Below are positions 43,371 through 57,479 of a stretch of 64,000 bases of DNA, one piece after another. Within the stretch, counting starts at the first letter, position 1. Every line of letters begins with the position of its first letter. The stretch covers positions 62,930,001-62,994,000 of the forward strand of contig OX597815.1 in the NCBI GenBank assembly GCA_951406725.2, in the 5' to 3' direction. The notes beneath the pieces were generated by a model, which worked only from the letters and a program-made list of their open reading frames with translations, ran no database searches and had not been told where the DNA came from. Source of the stretch: Octopus vulgaris (lineage: Eukaryota). The position numbers were made by a program, and so were the translations under genes.

Positions 43371-43405
43371 GTACATATACTATATGCACACACACACACA
43401 CACAT

Positions 43406-43475
<70 letters not shown>

Positions 43476-43661
43476 TAAGCAATTAAGGGTTTAGCAACGA
43501 ATTGCCTCACCACACACCGAATTTAGAAATAGCAGTCAAAGAGTTATAGCTATTCTTTCTACTAAAAGGGAGATCTCAGTAAAAACACAGCACTTGAAAG
43601 GCAAACACAGACAGGTAAGAGAGAATGAAATGACGGCAATCTATCATACAATTTTAAGTCA

Positions 43662-43752
43662 CCTACGGACGTACGTTTCGAAATCAAGTTTTAGGAAAGC
43701 ATAAGAATTAGATAATTCTACCTTACCCAACTTCTTTTCTCATCAGCGTAGG
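43662..43752 (-). ncRNA. Type I hammerhead ribozyme with intact core and long helix II
   Basis: Minus strand: CCTACG-CTGATGA-[GAAAAGAAGTT...AGAATTA-TC-TAATTCT...AACTTGATTTC]-GAAAC-GTAC-GTC-CGTAGG; perfect 6-bp helix I, palindromic ACGTACGT helix III. Confidence 0.85.
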
Positions 43753-44038
43753 ATACTACAATTATGAATAATTGTATATTAAATTTTGAGATACTAGAAG
43801 GCATCATCTCAACTCAGTGTCAGAGCGAGCTAAAGCATTACCAGTACCACGAAATTCAAAGTGTGAATGAAAGTTTGTGTCACCAGCCCCCTTCCACCCG
43901 CGTGTAGCCAAGACAAGATGCTGTGGTCATTTACTGGGATAAAATATGGTTATCAGTAACAATAAAGGGTGAAATTAATTAATTTGGAATAATCATCAAT
44001 TACACCAAGTAGATTTCGGCATGTAAAAGCCTCATATG

Positions 44039-44099
<61 letters not shown>

Positions 44100-44101
<2 letters not shown>

Positions 44102-44774
44102 TTACATCTAATATAGGATAAAATTTTTCGAAAAAAATTCTATCAATGGCTAGCATATTAAAAACTACCTTTAAAGGTTAAATTTATAAACAACTTATAA
44201 ACAAGGGCAAAAGAAAAGAATTCTATTGCCAAATATGCCGAAAATAGACAAATCGTCAATAACCATATAATTTATCACTATAAGCACGTATCTCGAAGTA
44301 AGCCGACAGAATTTAACCTTTATAGGTATTTTTTAATATGCTGGCCATTGATAGAATTTTTTTCGAAAAATTTTATCCTATATTAGATGTAAATTTAATA
44401 GTGTTCACTTCCGGACTCTCTCGCTCTATGAGAGTTTTCAGTCCGATCGCACGCGTCTCGAGGTGTGCTGGAGCATTTCTATTTTGGATATATGTGGGGT
44501 ACTTAAGTGTGCTCATGACTTAGTGTTTGCTTCTTCTATGATTATAAGTAAGTATTTCATTTATTTCTTACCGTATTTATCGCTGACGAGGAGAAAATTC
44601 TTATGAATTAACTCTGAAATTGGGACCGATACGATAATAACGGAATTTTAAAGAAATTTCTGTCGGCTTACTTCGAGACACGTGCTTATAGTGATAAATT
44701 ATATGGTTATTGACGATTTGTCTATTTTCGGCATACTTGGCATTATAATTTTTTTTGCCCTTGTTTATAAGTTG
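44100..44774. repeat. Double inverted duplication (X' Y' X ... Y) around a degenerate HHR
   Basis: 44100-44184 is the reverse complement of 44310-44394; 44191-44312 is the reverse complement of 44658-44774; CTGACGA-GGAG...CTCT-GAAA at about 44583-44620. Confidence 0.75.
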
Positions 44775-44784
44775 AATATATATT

Positions 44785-44816
<32 letters not shown>

Positions 44817-45888
44817 TGTATGTATGTATGTATGTATGTATGCATGCATGTATGTATATATATATAGTCTGTATTTCACAAATTGGGATCTCGGGGTGTT
44901 TTTCCGAATGGTACATAATCATTTTATAGTTCACAGTGCCATTAAAGATGAGGCAACTCAATTCTTACATTGGACCTATTTTTTTTTTTTAAGTTAATGG
45001 AAACTTTCATTAGTTCAATAGTTAAAACAACACGCTTTTTTCTTGAAAACTATAGACTTGGTTAATTAGATTAGTACAGTTTCATGCAAATGAACACATT
45101 TCTGTCTATAATATTTGCAACATAAATATTTATAGAAAGTAATATTTAAAAACTTTATAATCTCTCTTATAATAAATGCCGTTGTCTGTTTATATATTTC
45201 ATCCCATGCGACTCCAATCATACCGCAGTTATCTCTTTCGTAGTAATATATATATGCATACATATATGCATATATATATTAACAGCAGAATAACATACAT
45301 GTAACACCTAGTGATATATGCCTTTACTTTAAAACATCCATTTCTCGTTAATCTAGTATTGGTAATGACTATTAAAATATCGCAAGGTATGTCATTCACT
45401 TAGGTTGGTGTATAATTACATTCTCTCGTCTTCCTTCACGGACAACTCTACGTTGCCCATTCAATAACGCCCAAAATAAAATTAATTTAAAATCACACTC
45501 GAAAAATAAGTGTAAAAAAGAAAAATTGTTTCGGAACCAACTTTTCACTAAATCCAGACCAATATAAGAAGTATTGAATTATATGCTTTTTCGAGTGTTT
45601 TTGCACTCTCGTTTCTCTGTAATTGGTTAATTTTTTTTTTTGTAGATAATTTAAGCAAACATTAAACCGAAAGAATGTTTCTTCGTGTTTGTTCAATATA
45701 AAATATATCACAATATGAAAATCTTTATATTTAAAAACTAAACGGAGTTTTCAATATTTATCCTTTATTATGTTGTCACTGGGAGTGATAAACATATTTG
45801 CTATCGTTATTGACGTCACGGTTATACTATTAACATAATATATATAGTTTGATATGTTTTAACATATTTTACTAAATCCACACTGCAG

Positions 45889-45933
<45 letters not shown>

Positions 45934-46475
45934 TACACATACACACACACAAGCACACATACACAAAACATACACACACTCACATATTCATATGTTAATG
46001 ATCGGCTTGTTGCAGAATGAAGTTCTTAGCCCTTGTGTTACTCTGTAACTTCTGCCGATGTCTAATTAAAAGCATGAATGTATACTGTTGCTTTTAAGAT
46101 GTACCTTCAATTTTGCATCAACAAACGTGTGTGTGTGTGTGTGTGCGCGCGTGCATGTATATACATATGTAGCCAGATCAAAATTATCAAACAGTAAAAT
46201 TAACGATAACAAACAACTAGAAGACGTGAAAAAGGAATGTTTTAGTTTGACGCTCAATGGTAAGAGAGAGTTTTTGGCGTTTCGAGTCTGGATCATCGTC
46301 GGAAAGGAAAAAGTCCGAAGAAGGAAAAAAATCGCCAGCAACACGTGTATAGTTACATTGCTGAAGTGACCGGTAGTAGAACGAGACAGTGAAAGTGGTT
46401 TTTTGGAACAGGAGAGTGGGAAGATGGGTGGTGTGTGTGTGTGTCCGTGTGTGTATCCGTGTGTCTGAGTGTGTA

Positions 46476-46506
<31 letters not shown>

Positions 46507-47172
46507 CTGTCAGTCTGTGTGTCTGTGTGAGTGTGTGTGTTTATGTTTATGCGAGCGATGCACGCACGAGGGTGTGAGTCAACGAGCAGGTGAGTGACTG
46601 GTGTTTGTTTCGGACGCGCCATCTGACTGACTTGGAGTACCTGATTCATAGATTTTCTTACTTTACCTTCGGATTACGTTACCTTTAAATTCCTTCGAAG
46701 TACGTCGTTTCTGCATCTTTGCTTGTATATATATGTATATGTATGTATATATGAGGTTATAGAGGTTTTTAATTCCTGTTTTTGTAAATATTTACACAAA
46801 AAATTGTTCTTTAAACGTAATTTATAATAAATTTGATATGATACAATATAATTTATATTCATAAACATTGATATAGTGTGAGTGCATAACTCTGTAAATG
46901 TCATGATATGCTTTCCTTTTGTTTAATTTCAAATAGGTTTGTACTAGTTGTTAGGTATAAGGTGAAAATATTTATGCTATTTACTTTGAATTTGCGGAAG
47001 AAAACAAATCATTGATGCAAATACGGCGCTATGCAGGTGCGTTTTTCGCCCAATAATGTAATCACCAATTATAATGGTTAAATAAACATTATACAATATA
47101 TCTTTCGAATCCCACCAGAGGACTGCTTCTAAGTTAATGTATATACATACACACACATACACACATATATAT

Positions 47173-47270
<98 letters not shown>

Positions 47271-47459
47271 CGAAATAAGCAACAAGGATATCTAGAGGTA
47301 ATGCAGTACGATCGCTTCATGCAACTCCCTTTAATTGAACAATGCAATCATTACATCAATTCAAAATGCAGACCAATCTTCAGCTGCACAAAGACATAGA
47401 ATTTAGTTAAATTAGAACAGATGGACACATTAGTATAATTATACCTAAAATCTCCAAGA

Positions 47460-47760
47460 AGTTAATGAGATAGACGGCAAATCTAGATTACAAGTTCAGG
47501 TTTATGGCTGAACTTATTGGAGCCCTGGTACACTGCTTAAATACCAATCTCAAAACCAGAGAGGAGAAAGCTGATTGAAAGACTACAGATCCAATCCATT
47601 ACTGGAACTGTAAAAGTCTGTAAACTTTCCAGTTTAACATTTAAATATATATGAGTATATCTAGATATGTAACTATATGCATGAGAATACATAGATAAAG
47701 CAAAACATAAACGTGTGAACATATACATACATACATACATACATACATACATACAGACAT
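47460..47760 (+). mobile_element. R4/Dong-like 3' fragment, (TACA)n family
   Basis: CTAGATTACAAGTTCAGGTTT...TACAGATCCAATCCATTACTGGAACTGTAAAA matches 60115-60300. Confidence 0.7.
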
Positions 47761-47791
47761 ACATACATGCATACATACATACATACATACA

Positions 47792-47824
<33 letters not shown>

Positions 47825-47826
47825 TC

Positions 47827-48310
47827 ATACATACAAAAATACAGTGTTTCTAATGTTGAAATTCCAATGAAGAAGCCTTGGATCTTGGTTAGAAACCAGT
47901 TTTTTCTCTATTTGCAAGAAATCTGGAAATATACTACATACATACATATGCGGTGCCCCAGCATGGCCTCAGCCGGATGGCTGAAACAAGTAAAAGAGTA
48001 AAAGAGTAAAAGAGATACATACAAAAATACAGTGTTTCTAATGTTGAAATTCCAATGAAGAAGCCTTGGGTCTTGGTTAGAAACCAGTTTTTTCTCTATT
48101 TGCAAGAAATCTGGAAATATACTACATACATACATATGCGGTGCCCCAGCATGGCCTCAGCCGGATGGCTGAAACAAGTAAAAGAGTAAAAGAGTAAAAG
48201 AGATACATACAAAAATACAGTGTTTCTAATGTTGAAATTCCAATGAAGAAGCCTTGGATCTTGGTTAGAAACCAGTTTTTTTTCTATTTGCACGAAATCT
48301 TGAAATATAC
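47827..48310. repeat. 188-bp tandem repeat (~2.6 copies): LINE 3' UTR fragment plus SINE-2 tail
   Basis: CAAAAATACAGTG recurs at 47834, 48022 and 48210; units are nearly identical. Confidence 0.9.
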
Positions 48311-48444
48311 ATATATACATACATACATACATACATACATACATACATACATACATACATACATACATACATACATACATACATACATGCATACATACAT
48401 ACATAAACGTAAATTATGATCATGAAATATTGAAGTAAGAGTTA

Positions 48445-49454
48445 TCTTTATATATACTACATATAAAACTGTATATAAAACTGAGAATGTTTGTCTGTCT
48501 GTCTGCCTGCCTGTGTGTTTCCCTAAAACTTGAGAACTACACAACCAATTTCATTCAAATTTTACACATGCCTTACTTAGGGTCCATGTAGTTTCATGTT
48601 CAACTTCTTGTCTAGAGCGAGCCCATAGCAATATCATATCTTCTCCACTATTTCAGTATTACGATTAAAAGTGAAACAAAAACATTTCTCTATTTTATGT
48701 CAGATACTTTCACTTTAACAATAAAAATAATAACAATTGAATTGTATGTAGTAAGTAATAATTAAAATCAAACTAAAGTATAATATAATCGTAACATAAA
48801 AAAAGTAAAAATAGCAATTGGTATAAAATTGCATCAATGACTTGAACTTGAATAAGTGGTTTCACATGAATGGGAATAAATTAAAAATAAAATTAGCGTG
48901 CAGAAATGGAATAGTCCAGATGGATAATAAAAAATTAAATTAAAGAAAAGACTATTGTCTATAAAGTATATAATGTAGAGAAAAAAGAAGATTTGAACAC
49001 ATGGAGAAAAAGCACCTTTGAAAAGTGTCTTGATGGGACTATGAAAGATATCTAATCAGAGGCGGTAAATTCGCCACAATAGAAGCAAGGTTCGAGCAAG
49101 GGAGTACTCGACTCGAATTTGCAAAGTGGAAATATTTTATTTTTACCTTTATATCTGGGACGTAGGACGTCCCAGAAAAAAATTTTTAATGCCCCCCCCC
49201 CCCCGAAGTAGAGGTAGGCTAGATTGTACCCACTCTTCTATACAAGAGGGAGAACAAGATACAATTGATCGAAATTACAAGAGACGGGCTAACAATTCCA
49301 GTCTGTTATATATTTTGAGTATTGTTATCAGTAGCGATATCAAGATATAACTGTATTTTGTATTTTATGTATATATATAGATGTACATGTAATATATACA
49401 CATATATACAGGCACTAGCACTATGACCCAGCAACGACGGGTCTTTAATGCTAG
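48445..49454 (+). mobile_element. Non-autonomous Helitron
   Basis: A|TC start followed by TA-rich sequence and (TGTC)n; 3' hairpin GACCC-AGCAACGAC-GGGTC (49425-49443), then CTAG|T. Confidence 0.7.
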
Positions 49455-50043
49455 TGTTATTAATATTTCTTCGATACTTGAAACTTTACTCACATAAACA
49501 TTTTTCATTGACTTCAAATTATATCGCTATCTTATATATAATGCTCTGATATTCCACTCTGTATGATAATAATGGTGTTGACAGCTGGTAATCACTAACT
49601 TAAATCAGCTTATTTTCGCATTCATTTGTTAATTTTTTTACCTTCATTTACTTTTTAAAAAAATGACGTTGGAACTTAGCGATCTTGACAAGTCTCTCTT
49701 TACTATATCCCAAATAATAATGCCTTCTCTACCTTCCTCAACTGATATATCTGCTCCTCTCTATCCAAATTTACTGCTACCAGCATACAAAACAAAATTA
49801 AAGGTCATCAAAATTTATTTTATTGGCATAATAAATAGCTATTAATTAGTACGAACACTTACAAATGTACATCCATATGCATGTGCACAGAGAAACATAT
49901 ATATAATAACTTAAATATATATATATAAGTATATGTATGTGTGTGTGTATGTGCGTTTGTGCGGGTGCGCGTGTGTGTTTACGTATATATTTATAAAAAC
50001 ATAATTTTATATATATATATATAACTCTATATAAGTAGTTATA

Positions 50044-50101
<58 letters not shown>

Positions 50102-50154
50102 TATAAAATTTAAAGGACTGACCACTAAAAGTGGTCAGTCCTTTAAATTTTGTA
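50102..50154. repeat. Near-perfect 25-bp hairpin
   Basis: TATAAAATTTAAAGGACTGACCACT-AAA-AGTGGTCAGTCCTTTAAATTTTGTA, next to (TA)n. Confidence 0.85.
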
Positions 50155-50238
50155 TGTAAAAATATTTTAATCTTCGGATTTTTTTAATATGCTAGGCCAC
50201 TGGTTTTGATTGATTGATATCAATTGCTACCCTTATTA

Positions 50239-50314
<76 letters not shown>

Positions 50315-50479
50315 GAAGAAAGGCAGTGATCTGGCAGAAACGTCAGCACGCCGGGAGAAATGCTTAGCGGTACTTCGTCTGTCTGCACGCTCTTAGTTCA
50401 AATTTCGCCGAGGTCGACTTTGCCTTTCATTCTTTCGATGTATTCGACGGGCCCCCTCCTCGAAAATGAGCTTACTCAA

Positions 50480-51575
50480 GAAATGAAGACGCATACCGTT
50501 ATTGTGATTATAAAGGCTGATATTTCGATTTTCATAATTTACCAGATCTTTCGTCTACAAAGTTTGTAAGGCGCTAGAGACTGAAGATGGAAAGGTATCA
50601 CCAATATCAAAGCATAAAAAGAATTCTAAACGCTCTGAAATCATCAGAGTACCTGAATATATCCAGCAAGTTCAACAGACCATCCATTGCAATCCAAGAA
50701 AGACCATGAGGCCAATTGCAAATGATCTCCATGTGTCAGAAAGAACAGTCAGGAATGTTGTCGAAGAAGACATCAGATATAAATCGTATATGATGAGGAA
50801 AGCAAAAGAAAATAAGTTCATCAGATCTAAAAGGCTCTTAAAAAAACTGAAAAATCCAGAAGAAGATTTGATTTGGTTTTTCGCAAACGAGAAAAACTTC
50901 GACCAAGATCAAAACGTTAACAGAAAAATGACAGATGGTTACGTGCAGATCCTTCTGAAGTTCCAAGTGTTATGCATACAAAATTTTCTGCAACTGTCAT
51001 GGTTTTAGGGGTTGTCAGCAATGAAGGACATATGATGCCTCCTTACTTCTTTCCACAAAGCCTCAGAGTTAAATCTGCCGCCTACATTGAGGTCCTGGAA
51101 ATAATTGTTAAACCCTGGATAGACAGTGTATGCAATGGAAGGTAATATGTGTTTCAGTAAGACACATGGCCCTGGTAACATAGGAATTGATGGCTGAAAA
51201 TTTTCATGATCACATAACCCCTAACATTTGGCTTCCTAATTCCCCAGATCGCAGTCCGTTTGACTATTACATGTGGAGCATTGTTGAGAGAGAGGTCAAT
51301 GGACACGCCCATAATACCAAAGATTCTTTTAAAGCTGCCATAAGTCAGAGTAATGTCCAAAATGAACCTGGACCACTTCATTCGAGCATGTAGATGATTT
51401 AGATTTCATATAGGAGATGTTGAAGCTGAAGGAGGCTTTATTGAATAACATTATAGAACAGGTTTATTTTTATCCTTATAGCATTTTTTGCAAAATTAAG
51501 TTAACATCTGCTTTTATATATCTGTTTTCTTTTTTATAAACATAAATTTGTCCTCAAATATTTTACGCACACTGT
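50480..51575 (+). mobile_element. Tc1/mariner superfamily (maT/DD37D-like) transposon, decayed
   Basis: IANDLHVSERTVRNVV HTH, WFFANEKNF, WLPNSPDRSPFDYYMWSIVE; 3' end ...TTTTACGCACACTG. Confidence 0.8.
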
Positions 51576-51779
51576 GTATGTGACCTCGCGTGTACCGCTG
51601 TCGATTTTTTTTTCTCTGTCTTCCCTTCTCTGGATCTTTCCTTCTCCTATGTTTCCGACGAAGAGCTCCGCTCGAAACGTTAAACCCTCCTTCTTTCCTT
51701 CTTTCCTGAGCGTCCAATAATACTATATGTGTTCCACGTCCTCGCGTTGTTGTGTTTTTTGTGCTTTCTTGTTTGGATT

Positions 51780-51854
<75 letters not shown>

Positions 51855-52218
51855 AGAGAAATTATACAAAATGTATAAGCAGATGATGAGTAAAGCATCG
51901 GCATATTTTCGATTACCTTTTGTTATCCTTAGATTTATTGCAGGAACTTCGTAGTGGCAGATGAGGTCATAGTATTAATTAAAATTTATGCTATATATAT
52001 ATACATATATATATATATATGTGTGTGTGTGTTACCGCGTGTGTATCCATGGCGATTTTCTTTCTCCGTCTTCCCTTTGGACTTTATCTATATTACTGAC
52101 GAAGAGTTCCGCTCGAAACGTGAAATCCTCCTTCTTTCTTTCCTTTCCTGAGCGTCCAATAACACTGTACGTATTCCACGTCCTTACGTTGTTGTGTCTT
52201 CTCTTTGTTCATATTTGG

Positions 52219-52220
<2 letters not shown>
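51575..52220 (+). mobile_element. Two solo pLTR-like HHR units (HHRs at 51651-51685 and 52091-52126)
   Basis: GTTT-CCGACGA-A-GAGC-TCC-GCTC-GAAAC-GTT-AAAC and CTGACGA-A-GAGT-TCC-GCTC-GAAAC-GTG; shared downstream TTTCCTGAGCGTCCAATAA. Confidence 0.7.
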
Positions 52221-52315
<95 letters not shown>

Positions 52316-52317
<2 letters not shown>

Positions 52318-52606
52318 GGAGTTTATTTCCATCCATTACTCAACATTTGGGGATAGGAATAAACGTAACAGTACTGGGCTCAGTAAATTAATTTGGGAAC
52401 TAAAAGACCACAATGAACAATTTAATTTAGAATGGTTGATTCTCTCAATCCCGATGCCTTATGACAAAGGCAAGGAATTCTGTCTTCTCTGCAATTCTGA
52501 ACTATTTCTCATCATTTTTTCTAAAAGTCCACTAGTAAACGCGGTTATAGAGCGTGCATACCGATGTAAACATTGGCAAAAATACACCGTTAGTTCATAT
52601 AAGTAA
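52316..52606 (+). pseudogene. PLE (Naiad-like) endonuclease C-terminus
   Basis: HYSTF...STGLSKLIWELK....W.I....PY......CLLCNSE..LI...RCKH. Confidence 0.75.
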
Positions 52607-52812
52607 TCTCTATAATTATATATAATTTAAACATTAATTTTCTTTTTATATTTAACATTCACTAAAAAAAATATCCCTCCTCTTTCTATAGGCTACTTCT
52701 GACGTTATATCATAAACGTTTTTTTTTAAACAATATTAATAGCGTACAGTAAATCACAATACATATCCATCATTTTCTGTTAAAATGTCTTATTGACGAG
52801 TTTCATTTCTTC

Positions 52813-52900
52813 ACTTTCCTGAAGAGAAGATTACATTGCTTTACACCATTTATTCCTTTGGAATAATATCAGTGAAATCTTCGAAAGATGTGTCGGAAGT
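52813..52900 (+). ncRNA. Type I hammerhead with long helix II, downstream of the PLE ORF end
   Basis: ACTTTC-CTGAAGA-GAAGATTACATTG...CAGTGAAATCTTC-GAAA-GATGT-GTC-GGAAGT; one helix III mismatch. Confidence 0.7.
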
Positions 52901-53094
52901 AAAAGTAATTGAATTATACCTGCGTTAAACTTTATTTATTTATATATTATACAAAAAATTCCACGTAAACCCGAAGTTTCTACCTTTAAAAATAAGGAGT
53001 TACAACCTGTTTATTTTGTGTGATTTTTTGCTACCCTGGTAACTATTTATCTATTTTTTCCGTGTTAATTGTTAGCAAGGGAAAAATACACTCA

Positions 53095-53150
<56 letters not shown>

Positions 53151-53239
53151 TATATGCATATGTATGTATGTGAATATATATATATATATATATATAAATA
53201 TATATGTATGTATGTATTTATGTATATGTATATATGTAC

Positions 53240-53770
<531 letters not shown>

Positions 53771-54547
53771 AGAATACATATCCCACCATGAGCTTTTCCC
53801 TTCACACCTGTACAGATATATGCACACTCGTGTGTATATACGTTTGTGGGCGTCTATCTTGATATAAACACACACACACATACACACTTATATATGTAGA
53901 GAGAGAGAGAGAGATGTATATACGTACATAGATAAGGAGATATAGAGGTATAAAGGCAGATAGATACATATATAACACTCACATGCATTCACACACTGAC
54001 AAAAACACTCACACATAGACTGAATTACACATACACACACACATTGATGGGAGAATGTAGGTGAAACTTCGGACTTATTAAAAAAATTGTAATAATTCAC
54101 TCTAATTAATTGAATCATGTCTTAATTTTGATAATATATTCGGTTTTTCATATAGAGCTCAATCTATTTCTTATGACATATGCGCGCGCGCAGAGGCACA
54201 CAGATGCACAGAGACACATGAGATATATGTGAATGTAGTCATATATTTTACCTACACATATATGCATATATATGTGACTATACATGTGTGTGTGCGCGAG
54301 CGCCCGCGTGTATGTATGTTTAGTGCTGATAGAAAATATACACACATTTCTAGATACATTTGTATACATCCAAGAAAGGACATGAATATATCTGAATAAT
54401 TGCATGTGTTCATATGTGTATACACTCAGTCATTCCCTCTTTCTCACACACATATAAACACATTTTTTAATATTTGTATGTGTGTATATATATATCTACC
54501 TACCTACCTACCTACCAACCTACCTACCTACCTACCTATATCTATCT

Positions 54548-54594
<47 letters not shown>

Positions 54595-54673
54595 TATACA
54601 TATATATACATGTACATATAGACACATATAAGTATACATACATGTATATATATATATATAAATATATATATGC

Positions 54674-54726
<53 letters not shown>

Positions 54727-55413
54727 CATATATACATATAAACATATATACATGATCGTATCCCTTTCAACTGTGCGTGCCAAGAATTGCTCAGATATAT
54801 AAATGGGGGAGGAAAAAATAATTACATCAAAAAGATGAAGAATATGAACAATATCAGTCAACAACAACAACGACAACAACAACAGCTACTACTACTATTA
54901 CTACCACTACTATTACCACTACTACTAAAAAAGCAACAACTGCAACTATAACAACAACAATTTCAGCAAACTTCGAAATCAATGAATGATCGTTTGAACG
55001 TTAAAAAAGGTACCATTTTCTAGAAGAGTAGTTACTAGATGGCACAATATCAATGAATTGCGGCATAGAATGCAACAATGCGGTCTATAGTTGAAGTAGG
55101 CAAAAAGAAAGCCAATTATGGCGTGAAGGTGTAGATGAGATAATTTTTGTGGTAAAAGTTACGGTTTCGAAACCAGCTTTAAGTGAATTGATTGAGCAAA
55201 GAGATAGAAGATACGTTTGTTACAGGAATTCGTTGGGAAACAGTTTTATTTTCAATGTTTATCAATTTATTCAGTGTTCTTTGGTCTTTTGAATAATCTT
55301 CAAGGTTTTGAGATTAAACCTTATGAGAGAGTGGCATAACTAACATGTTCAGAAACTGATAAACACAAATATACATACATACGCACAGTCAAACATATAC
55401 GCATATGGGTGAA

Positions 55414-55460
<47 letters not shown>

Positions 55461-55476
55461 TGTGTGGTGGCATAAT

Positions 55477-55512
55477 CTGATGAAGGCAAGTAACCGAAAC
55501 TACGAAGTTACA
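55477..55512 (+). ncRNA. Possible hammerhead motif
   Basis: CTGATGA-A-GG-CAAGTAA-CC-GAAAC-TACGAA-GTT; helix I is weak. Confidence 0.4.
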
Positions 55513-55627
55513 GTTAGTGTTTTCAAAGTAAAATATATGATATTGTACTTAATTGTATGGAATTAAATACAAGTATAAATGTTTTATGTATAACTATAAA
55601 TATAAACGTGTGTATGTGTGTGTGTGT

Positions 55628-55669
<42 letters not shown>

Positions 55670-55741
55670 TTATAATCTATAGATGACAGATATATTTTTT
55701 GTGTGTGTGCACGTGTATATATGTATTCACAATAATTTACG

Positions 55742-55794
<53 letters not shown>

Positions 55795-57479
55795 CATACA
55801 TAACAAATAAGCTAATAGAGGTTTGGGCAAAGGTTTAAAATATTTCATAAAGAACGAAAAGAAAGTATACAACACAGGATGTACACACACACACACATAT
55901 ATATTTATATATATACATACACAGACATTCATTCATACATACATACAATCATGTAGATATATATTTAAATATATACATGCCTACATACATATACACATGC
56001 ATACATGCATACATACATCTACATGCATGTATACATAGATACATGCATACACATATAAGTACAGGTTTATAGTATACACAAATATTTGTATGCATGCGCG
56101 TATTTGAACTGTCCTGTGATTAGATGTGAATATATTTTTTGCTTCACCTCAACAATTTTTATTCCTGACCATACTGGAGCAATTTTTAATATTCTGTATT
56201 TGTCGTTTACGTAATTTAAATTTTTGAGTTTTTCTTCCTGTTTTCATGGTTGTGTGAATGCGTCTGTGTTTGTGGTTGATACAGCAATGAGATTATTTAA
56301 AATTCACTGAAAGTGGAATGTCTGTGACAGTTCTACAGAAATATGTAGGTAATGTTTTAAAAACTTCAAAAGGTACCAGCGTCAGTATGTTTTATTGTTC
56401 TTTAAGGTTAAGTATTAAACCAGCAACTCACTAGTTCTGTTGATGATAGCCAAGTTTTTCAAATGTGATCAAAAGTTACGATAATACCAATATCAGAATC
56501 CTACAAAGGAACAGCGACGCCATATTGCAATGGGTTGATAAAAAAAAATTGTATTATTTCAATAGTGAAAACTTCGCAGCTATCAGCTGTCGAACATATT
56601 CCAGTCTGGATACACAGGACCAAGAGCGATTGCATTCATGCAATCACAGTCTGTAGAAGCCCTAGTTATGATAAAAAGTTCAAATGCATCGTTTCATTGG
56701 CAGAATATAGATTTCTAACTCAGACAAGAGGACATATATTTTTCGTGTATGTGTGTGTATGTGGTGGTGGTGGTGGGGGCAATAGATTAAATCAATCCTG
56801 GTATTTGTCTGGAGTATATTTTATCAGCCCGTGGAAGGATTGACTTCGACGATTTCTGAACATAGAGGGAAGTAACTAAGTATTACAATCCACAGCATAT
56901 TTCAGTGTTACTCCATACTAAAATGAAAACCGCGACAATACAGTTGACTGGCCGGAGAGATGGCCAAGGAATTTGGAGTAAAAATAATAATAATAAAATT
57001 TTCCTTATATATACACAAAGCCTGAAATTCAATTCCATCGACTACGGCGTTGAACTGATACTATAATGCAAACATCAACCTCAACGGAATTTGAACTCAA
57101 AATGTACAGCGATAACAAATACAGTTAATTATTTTATCTGGCGAACTAACGAATCTACCAGCTTGTCACCTTTTTCTTTAACTGGCGAAACCAATACCTT
57201 TCTCAAAGCTGTAGAGTATAGTTTGAGTGCAATTTCACTGTTATCGTTGTTAAAATATGGAGCTTGAATTTTTCTGTAAAATAAAAGTTGCACTCTGTTC
57301 TCTCTCCAGAATTATTCAATGCAATGCTGGTATTAGGTTGTTTCACATGAAAAGTCGCATTTTTGATTACTTTTTATTTCAGTCATTTAAAAACACAGTT
57401 ACGTATACCTTGCATTTTAATCTTGACTCTTTTTCTTTCCCAACAATATTGGTATACAAAATTCGTACCCACAGACCTT

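Noticed and set aside
47827-48310. Repeat-spacer-like pattern (CRISPR?)
   Set aside because: Whole units are identical with no unique spacers; eukaryotic context and no cas genes.
55030-55050. ACTAGATGGCA, partial CTCF-like motif
   Set aside because: Lacks the 5' CC of the core; a single short match is not supportable.
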